Source: Methanomicrobiales archaeon (GTDB lineage: Archaea > Halobacteriota > Methanomicrobia > Methanomicrobiales > Methanospirillaceae). Taken from it: DNA of 64,000 nucleotides. The position numbers were made by a program, and so were the translations under genes. How positions within the stretch are numbered: the first letter of the stretch is position 1; each line of letters begins with the position of its first letter. Where the stretch lies: the NCBI GenBank assembly GCA_037137755.1, contig JBAXJR010000002.1, forward strand, positions 64,001 through 128,000, read 5' to 3'. Below, one piece after another: positions 57,137 through 64,000 of this stretch. Below the pieces are notes generated by a model. That model was given only the letters and a program-made list of their open reading frames with translations, did no database searches and was not told where the DNA came from.

Positions 57137-60100
57137 GATAACCCCTCTCCTTTCCGGTATTTCCCATCCGGTACGGTGATTTCAAACCGGGCACCCTGTC
57201 CCGGCTCTCCGGTTTCCCGGATGGTGATGCTGGTGATATCAAGGATTTCCCGTACAAGAAAGAGCCCGAAACCGGTGTTTTTCCCGAATCCACGCTCGAA
57301 TATCTTTTCCTTTTCCCCAGCCGACACCCCGGTCCCATCATCTTCCCAGGTGATGGTTAACCCCGCATCCGACTCATAGCAGGACACCACCACCTGCGTT
57401 ATATGTCCCCCGTGCCGCACGGAGTTATCAAGAAGGTTACAAAAGACCTTCTCCAGCATTCTGTCTGCAAATATTTCCTGTGAGGTGCAATTATCAGAAA
57501 AGGTTATGTCCGGCGGGACCTGGAGTTTTGCCAGCTCCTGGTGGAGATCCTGCCACTGTGGTTCGTGAGAGCCGATATCCTCGTAGATCTGGGTGAACTG
57601 TATTTGTGAGCGGATCTGCCGGGTCTTTGTCTCCAGGCGTTCGATAAAGCGCTCCATCTCCGGGTGCTTTGCATAATCCCGTGCAAGTTCGAGAAAACCG
57701 AGCATTATCGTGACGTTGTTTAAGATGTCGTGGCGCGTGATACCGGAGAGGAGTTTTAATTTTTTATTGACTGCACGGAGGGCTTCCTCTGCCTTTCGTC
57801 GTTCCGTGATGTCACGCCCTTCGGCAACAAGAGAGATCACTGTCCCGCTGGTATCCATGACGGGTTTGAGTGAAAAATCTATGGTGGCGATCCGGTTGTC
57901 CTTACCGAGGACCTCCACTTCGTACCGTGCGAAATTGCCCAGTGCAACCTGTCCGACCGCATTTTTTAGCTGATCCTGGATGGCCGTGGATATGGCCCAC
58001 CAGCGGGCCTCCCAGAATGGCTGGTCTATCACATCGTTCAGCGTAAAACCGCCAAAATGGAGGGAACTTTCATTCACTTCCATAATTTTTCCATCCGGCC
58101 TGAGCAGTGCAATGAACTGAAACGTAGAGTCAAATATCGCCCGGAACCTGTATTCACTTTCCCTCAGGGCTTTCTCTGCCCTTTTTCGTCCGGTAATGTC
58201 CCGTGAAATGCCGAGTATCCCGATAGGAGAACCATCAGTGTCCCGGAGAAGGCTCACGGAATTTTCGACCAGTATGGTTGAACCATCTTTACAGTATTCT
58301 TCCGTTTCAAAAGAAACGGTCCGGCCGGGATCTGCCGTCCCTGTCGCCTCCAGCGCCATCTCTTCGTCCAAACATTTCAAAACGGTCTCAACAGATGCCG
58401 GGGTCATCATCTGGTCAAGGGATTGCGCCAGGGCTTCTTCAACCGTAAAACCCCGCATTTTCCTGACCGAAGGACTCATGTATTGAAGTTTCACGTCCAT
58501 GTCGAAGATCCAGATATTGTCTGCGGTGTTATCGGCGATGAGCCGGTATTTCATCTCGCTCTGGCGTAATGCATCTTCTGCATTCTTACGCTTGGTACTA
58601 TCGCGGAGCACGACAAGGTCACGGTCTTCCCCCATCCAGGGGACCCGTACCCCCATCGCTTCGACCCATTTCGATTCACCTGTTGCGTCCTGCATCTGGT
58701 ATTCCGCGACGATAGGGCCACCGTTCACCCTGATCGTGTCCAGGTCTGACATGGCTTTTTGCTGCCATTCCGGTAATAAAAACGGTGCAAAACTCAACTG
58801 ATCCACATCCCGCTGAACCGGGATTCCCGCCAGCCTGAATGCAGCATTGTTTGCCAGGTGAACGCTGCCGTCAAAACCAAGGACCATCACAGGGTCCTGG
58901 ATGTTGTCGAAGAGTGAGCGGAACCGTTCCTCGCTCTCCTCCAATACCTGGCTGGAGCGGATCCGGGCAAGCGTGCTGCCGATCCAAAGTGCCAGCGTTT
59001 CAAGCGTGTGGCGGGAAGATAACGGAATTTCATCAACTTCATGCGATGCCAGGTTCATGACTGCGATCAGGTTACCTTCATGTAGTACCGGAATATATGC
59101 AAGGGCTCGCAGCCCTTCCTGTTCACGTTCTGCATCCGTTTCAGGACGGATAGCATTATATGTCCCATACTGTGGCGTACCGGTTTTTGCCTGCTGGACC
59201 TGCGGAGCCCCCGCCTCATAGTGAGTAATTTTTGCAATAAACTGCGCAGACAGCCCTTTATGGGCAACAAGGTCAAGTGCGCCGCTCAACGGGTCCACAA
59301 TATAGATCCCGCCCGCGTCCAGCCCCTCGATCCGAAGGGCCGCGGATATGATGTGGTCCAGCGCATCACCAAAGACCGTGCACCGGTTGAGTACAAGGCT
59401 CAGGTCGTGCTGGACCCGTAACGCCTCTTCGGTGCGTTTCCGGTCGGTGATGTCTAAAAAGGATATGACGACCCCGTAGGGTGATGGTTCACCCTTTCTG
59501 AAGAGGGGACTCGTATTTACGGTGATCCAGGAGGACTGACCTGTTGAATTCCTGACACCAATTACGACATTCCTGCATGGCACCCCGGTTGCAAGGGTGT
59601 GAAGGGAAGGATGTTCTGACCCGGGCAGTTCTGACCCGTCTTCCCTGCATGTGCTCCATTTACGGCTGATCGAGGTCTTTCCGATCACTTCTTCTGCCGT
59701 TATGCCAAATATCCGTTCTGCTTCCCTGTTCCAGGCAAGGATTTTTCCTGAGCGCTCCTGCAGGATGATCCCGGTATCCACTGATGAAATAATTGCCTGG
59801 TTCTTCTCATCGCTCTCCCTGAGTGCATCATCAGCTTTTCTGCGTTCATCAACAGGACGTGTTGTCGTTACGATCCCGTTAACGCCGTGGACCCCAAGGA
59901 GATTGGTGGCCATGGTCTCAACAAAAATATAACTCCCGTCAGCTTTCCTGATACGGAATTCGGTGGGTGTGCCCGGATTTGTCCCTTCGTACACCTCGTC
60001 AAGGGCCTGCCGGACATGTTCACGGTCATCAGGATGGACAAATTCGAGAGGACTCTTACCGATGGTAAAATTTTCAGGGTAGCCAAGAATACGGCTTGAG

Positions 60101-61809
60101 GAGGGGGAATCAAAAACGATGTGACCTTCTTTATCAATGATCCGGATGATATCGGTGGCGTTCTGGATAATGGAACTGAACCTCTCCTCGTTCTCGCGCA
60201 GGGCAGTGCCTGCCTGTTCCCATTCGGTGATGTCGCGGATTGATTCAATTGCACCGATCCTGTCCCCATTCATATCAAAAAGGGGGGCTCCTGTTGCCCA
60301 GACGTACGCCCCTTTTCCGCAGTATAATGCCGGGGTGAAGACTTCTGCATAGAGCGTATGACCTTTTCTCCGGATGTAACTGTATTTTGCTTTAATCTCA
60401 TCATCATCAACATCGATGAGGTCGAGCAGTTGTCTGCGTCGCTCCCCGTAGAAGGGGACCGTGTACGCATGGTCCCCCTGGCCGATCATGTCTGCCTTGC
60501 TTACAGCGGTCATCTCCTCCATCGCACGGTTCCATGCGATTACCCGCCCATTCAGGTCAATAACAAACGTCGCATCAGGAAGGAACTCAATAATATCCGA
60601 AAGTTCCTGCTTTGACTCCTTGAGTGCCAGTTCCGTCCGGGTCATTTCATCCAGGCTGGCGTGGAGTTCCTCTTCTGCTGATTTTAACCCGGTAATATCT
60701 CTTGAAACCCCGAGGACTGACAGGACTGTTCCATCTTCTGAATATTCAGGGGTCAGCATCCAGTCAAGGAAAACTCTTCCTTTCGCACTGTCCCATTCAA
60801 ACTGGGCCTGGTAGGGCTTTCCTGTCTTGAAAACACCCGTTATCTGTTCCTCCCAGAACCTGCTCTGGTCTTCGTCAAACCCGCTTTCCCGGTGGGTTTT
60901 CCCAATTACCTGGTCTTCAGCCAGTCCGGAGACCCGTAGTGCTGCCGGGTTCATGTAGATATGGCGGCACTGCCGGTCATACCTCATGATATAATCGGGG
61001 CTGCTCTCGGCCAGGGTACGGAATTTCTTCTCACTTTCCCGTAATGCGTCTTCTGAATGTTTTCGCCCGGTAATATCCCGTGCGACACCGAGGAACCCCT
61101 GCTTCCCGCCATAGTCCATGGTGGTAATGGTGAGTTCAACCTGTACCAGGCTCCTGTCACGGTGCCGGTGGACGGTCTCGTAGGTCGTGGATCCGGTTTG
61201 TTCAACTGACCTGATAATCTCCCCGAGTTCGTTTCCGGAGCTCGCCGACACATCCCGCACGTTCAGCCTGAGCAGTTCCTCTTTTTCGTACCCCAGCTGG
61301 AGACAGGCTGCGTGGTTCGCATCCAGGAATTTCCCTGTGCTGTCTGCAAGAAATACTGCATCGGTGATGGACTCAAAAAGGACACGGTACTTTTCCCGGG
61401 TTGCTGCGATGGTATTCTCGGACTGCAGGCGATCGACCGCCATGCGGATCTTATGCGAGAGTTCTGCATACTGCGCGCTGGGTTCACCTCCTTTCTGGAG
61501 ATAGAAGTCAGCACCGCTGTTGATCGCCTGGATGACCACCTCTTCCCTGCCCTTGCCGGTAAACAGGATAAACGGGATCTTTCCAAGGTGTTTACGCACC
61601 TCGACGAGTAAACGGATACCATCCATGCCGGGCATCTGGTAATCAGAAATAATAGCGTCAAACTGCTCCCGCCTGAGAAGTTCTAAGGCTGCAAGGGCAG
61701 AATCAATGGTAACCACTGAAAAATCCCCTGATTCTTCAAGGAACAGTTTCCCTATATCCAGAAGGTCATGTTCATCATCGACGTAGAGCAACCGGATAGC
61801 CGGGGTCAT
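57133..61809 (-). CDS. Cytoplasmic hybrid sensor kinase REC-(PAS)5-GAF-(PAS)3-HisKA-HATPase, His intact
   Basis: LLYVDDE, IISDYQMPG, multiple PAS/PAC, GAF (AGGIYIVDP...ALAYIPVLHEGNLIAVMNLAS), ITRHDILNN, NLLDNSVRHG, DDGTG, NTGFGL. Confidence 0.95.
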   Translation of the reverse strand: MTPAIRLLYVDDEHDLLDIGKLFLEESGDFSVVTIDSALAALELLRREQFDAIISDYQMPGMDGIRLLVEVRKHLGKIPFILFTGKGREEVVIQAINSGADFYLQKGGEPSAQYAELSHKIRMAVDRLQSENTIAATREKYRVLFESITDAVFLADSTGKFLDANHAACLQLGYEKEELLRLNVRDVSASSGNELGEIIRSVEQTGSTTYETVHRHRDRSLVQVELTITTMDYGGKQGFLGVARDITGRKHSEDALRESEKKFRTLAESSPDYIMRYDRQCRHIYMNPAALRVSGLAEDQVIGKTHRESGFDEDQSRFWEEQITGVFKTGKPYQAQFEWDSAKGRVFLDWMLTPEYSEDGTVLSVLGVSRDITGLKSAEEELHASLDEMTRTELALKESKQELSDIIEFLPDATFVIDLNGRVIAWNRAMEEMTAVSKADMIGQGDHAYTVPFYGERRRQLLDLIDVDDDEIKAKYSYIRRKGHTLYAEVFTPALYCGKGAYVWATGAPLFDMNGDRIGAIESIRDITEWEQAGTALRENEERFSSIIQNATDIIRIIDKEGHIVFDSPSSSRILGYPENFTIGKSPLEFVHPDDREHVRQALDEVYEGTNPGTPTEFRIRKADGSYIFVETMATNLLGVHGVNGIVTTTRPVDERRKADDALRESDEKNQAIISSVDTGIILQERSGKILAWNREAERIFGITAEEVIGKTSISRKWSTCREDGSELPGSEHPSLHTLATGVPCRNVVIGVRNSTGQSSWITVNTSPLFRKGEPSPYGVVISFLDITDRKRTEEALRVQHDLSLVLNRCTVFGDALDHIISAALRIEGLDAGGIYIVDPLSGALDLVAHKGLSAQFIAKITHYEAGAPQVQQAKTGTPQYGTYNAIRPETDAEREQEGLRALAYIPVLHEGNLIAVMNLASHEVDEIPLSSRHTLETLALWIGSTLARIRSSQVLEESEERFRSLFDNIQDPVMVLGFDGSVHLANNAAFRLAGIPVQRDVDQLSFAPFLLPEWQQKAMSDLDTIRVNGGPIVAEYQMQDATGESKWVEAMGVRVPWMGEDRDLVVLRDSTKRKNAEDALRQSEMKYRLIADNTADNIWIFDMDVKLQYMSPSVRKMRGFTVEEALAQSLDQMMTPASVETVLKCLDEEMALEATGTADPGRTVSFETEEYCKDGSTILVENSVSLLRDTDGSPIGILGISRDITGRKRAEKALRESEYRFRAIFDSTFQFIALLRPDGKIMEVNESSLHFGGFTLNDVIDQPFWEARWWAISTAIQDQLKNAVGQVALGNFARYEVEVLGKDNRIATIDFSLKPVMDTSGTVISLVAEGRDITERRKAEEALRAVNKKLKLLSGITRHDILNNVTIMLGFLELARDYAKHPEMERFIERLETKTRQIRSQIQFTQIYEDIGSHEPQWQDLHQELAKLQVPPDITFSDNCTSQEIFADRMLEKVFCNLLDNSVRHGGHITQVVVSCYESDAGLTITWEDDGTGVSAGEKEKIFERGFGKNTGFGLFLVREILDITSITIRETGEPGQGARFEITVPDGKYRKGEGLS

Positions 61810-61821
61810 TGTTCAACACTC

Positions 61822-63999
61822 TCATTCCTTCCGCCACATACCTTTCGGTAGTGCGATCTCAAACCTTGCACCCCTGCCCGGCTCACCGGTCTCATGGATG
61901 GTGATACCGGTAATATAGAGGATATCCGTGGCAAGGAAAAGCCCAAGACCTGTATTTTTTCCATACCCCCGCTCGAAGATCCTTTCTTTCTCATCAGCGG
62001 GTACGCCGGTGCCGTTATCCTCCCAGTACAGGGTTAACTCCCCATCCGCCTCCCTGGTATACACCCGTACCCTGGTCACATGCCCCCCGTGCCGGACGGA
62101 ATTGTCAAGCAGGTTTGGAAAGATCTTTTCGAAGAGGGGATCAGCATACACGGTGATCCCATCCAGGTCACTTTCAAGGGTGATCCCCTCGTGCGGGACT
62201 GCTGCAAACCCTCTTCGTACCATTGCTTTCACATCGAGCCAGGCCGGGGTATTTATCCCGATCGCCTCGTATGTTTTGGTGAACTGGAGGTAATCGTTAA
62301 TCCTGCGGACCGCATCCTCCTGTTTTGCGAAATACGGGGCCAGTTCCGGATCAGGGGCCCTCTTTTTCAGCTGGCTTGTATATCCTGAAATCAGGGTGAG
62401 TTTATTGATGATGTCATGCCGGGTAAGGCTGCCAAGCAGGTTGAGCTTTTTATTTGCCATTGCAAGCGATAACGAAAGGCGGGTAAGCTCCTCTGCCCGC
62501 GTCATGAGCTGGTTTTCAAGAGCTTTCCGGTCAGAAATATCGGTCAGCAGGAGCAGGACTGCCTGTTCGTCGTGGTACTGTACCGGGGTGCTCCGGGTGA
62601 TTACGGTCTTCCTCTGGCCGTCATTTCTCATGATCTCGATCTCAAGGGACTGTGTACTCCCCGATTTAAGACGTTCTTCTATAAGGGTCCCGATTTCAGA
62701 ACGTTTCTCCGGGACCACGTATGACAGGATATCTGTCCCGACCCTTCCGTTCTCAGAGTAGCCGAGCAGGCCGTCTGCGGCCGGGTTCACGAACCTGACC
62801 TTCCGGTCGTGGCCATACACAGCAACCATGTCAGGAATATTCTCAACGAGTCCCCTGTTGAACTCCTCGCTCTCCCGCAGTGCGTCCTCGATCTGCTTGC
62901 GTTCCGTGATATCGTTAAGGAAATTCAGGGTGGCGGGGCGGCCCTCATAGTCAACGGCAACACTGCTTATTTCAACCCATTTGATTTTGCCATCTTTTCC
63001 GGTAAGCCTGAACATGTACCGGGAGGGTATGTCCTCACCATTCAGCCGCTTCCGGTACCGCTCGACGACCATGGCACGGTCATCGGGGTGAATAAACTCA
63101 TGAAATGGCGTGGAAAGGAGTTCCCTCTCAGGGTAGCCGGTTAACTCGGCCATCCTGGCATTGACAAGTTTCAATGTCCCGTCCTGTGCGACGAGAATTG
63201 CCTCATTCGCGCATTCGATCAGCTCGCGGTATTTTCTCTCGCTTTTACCCAGCGCTTCTTCCGCGTGTTTGCGTTCCGTGATGTCACGGGAAATGGATAA
63301 TGCGACCTCTCTCCCCAGTAACGTAAAAAGATGCGTGCTTACCTCAACGGGGAGGAACGAACCGTCTTTTCTCTGGTATATCGCTTCAAATGTTGCATAA
63401 CCTTTGGATTTTATTTTTGTTACAATATCTGGTATATTCAGGCGATGCCCGGGCGATGCAATATCCCGTGGTGACATTGCCAATAATTCTTCCCTTGAAT
63501 ACCCTAGAAGCGTGCATGCAATGTCATTAACCCTGAAATACCTGCCAGGGAACCCTTCGGGCAGCATTTCATGCAGGAAAATTGCATCATTTGCATTATT
63601 GAATACCTCTCTGAATACCTCCTCACTTTCTGCCAACGCCTCTTCCGACCGCTTGCGTTCCGTGACGTCCTGGACAAAACCAATAAACCTGTTGGGGGAG
63701 AGCCTGACTGCGTTTACCGACCAGTACCTGAGGGTGCAGTCCTTATGCCTGTAGAGGAACTCCCCGCTCGCCTGCCCGATACCAGACAACTGCCTGAAAT
63801 GCGCGATTCCCTGCTCGTGTGATTCAGGCGGCAACATATCAGGGATGGACATCGATACCAGCTCATCCCGCGTGTATCCGGTAATCCCTGATGCTGCCGG
63901 GTTTACCTCCAGGTAATGCCCCTCTTGATCGGTGATAAATACCCCGTAGGGTGCGTTATCAAAATAACTCCTGAACTGCTCCTCGCTCTCCTGCAGGGA
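61822..63999 (-). CDS. Multi-PAS histidine kinase, His intact (5' end lies outside the window)
   Basis: The frame is open to the window edge (SLQESEEQFRSYFDNAPYGVF...). At least four PAS; LTRHDIINK; NLLDNSVRHG; DNGTG; NTGLGL. Confidence 0.93.
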   Translation of the reverse strand, partial: SLQESEEQFRSYFDNAPYGVFITDQEGHYLEVNPAASGITGYTRDELVSMSIPDMLPPESHEQGIAHFRQLSGIGQASGEFLYRHKDCTLRYWSVNAVRLSPNRFIGFVQDVTERKRSEEALAESEEVFREVFNNANDAIFLHEMLPEGFPGRYFRVNDIACTLLGYSREELLAMSPRDIASPGHRLNIPDIVTKIKSKGYATFEAIYQRKDGSFLPVEVSTHLFTLLGREVALSISRDITERKHAEEALGKSERKYRELIECANEAILVAQDGTLKLVNARMAELTGYPERELLSTPFHEFIHPDDRAMVVERYRKRLNGEDIPSRYMFRLTGKDGKIKWVEISSVAVDYEGRPATLNFLNDITERKQIEDALRESEEFNRGLVENIPDMVAVYGHDRKVRFVNPAADGLLGYSENGRVGTDILSYVVPEKRSEIGTLIEERLKSGSTQSLEIEIMRNDGQRKTVITRSTPVQYHDEQAVLLLLTDISDRKALENQLMTRAEELTRLSLSLAMANKKLNLLGSLTRHDIINKLTLISGYTSQLKKRAPDPELAPYFAKQEDAVRRINDYLQFTKTYEAIGINTPAWLDVKAMVRRGFAAVPHEGITLESDLDGITVYADPLFEKIFPNLLDNSVRHGGHVTRVRVYTREADGELTLYWEDNGTGVPADEKERIFERGYGKNTGLGLFLATDILYITGITIHETGEPGRGARFEIALPKGMWRKE

Positions 64000-64000
64000 G

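Overview
This 64-kb window is accessory archaeal DNA, most consistent with a Methanomicrobiales methanogen. That call is inferred from gene content: REC-PAS-HATPase kinases of the TRHDI.N type, Isf flavoproteins, DUF2193/DUF2180-like genes, an AqpM-type aquaporin, DUF169, DUF3821/PKD surface proteins and GGTGA-type ribosome-binding sites. I saw no rRNA, tRNA, CRISPR array or transposase. Contents, left to right: (1) a MacB-type permease, a Pro-rich lipoprotein, and an HTH-FHA regulator co-transcribed with a single-pass receptor Ser/Thr kinase carrying an extracellular NosD-like beta-helix; (2) an efflux/detox block (membrane-anchored RidA, MFS, GNAT, PadR-ABC, two DUF169 genes, MarR); (3) a 261-bp MITE with intact inverted repeats and an 8-bp target duplication, plus a decayed second copy; (4) tandem lipoprotein carboxylesterases and tandem secreted paralogues; (5) a redox block (three Isf proteins, ferredoxin-nitroreductase, a DUF2193-DUF2180-aquaporin operon, frameshifted dodecin); (6) seven histidine-kinase-like proteins. 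The strongest signal is that all four kinases with visible membrane/extracellular sensor domains have lost the phospho-acceptor His (replaced by N, Y, R or K), while the three PAS-rich ones keep it. This suggests a pseudokinase-receptor signalling network. The second is the receptor kinase plus HTH-FHA pair, which sits next to a duplicated promoter-plus-hairpin module that could be its target. All family assignments come from motif recognition, not database searches.
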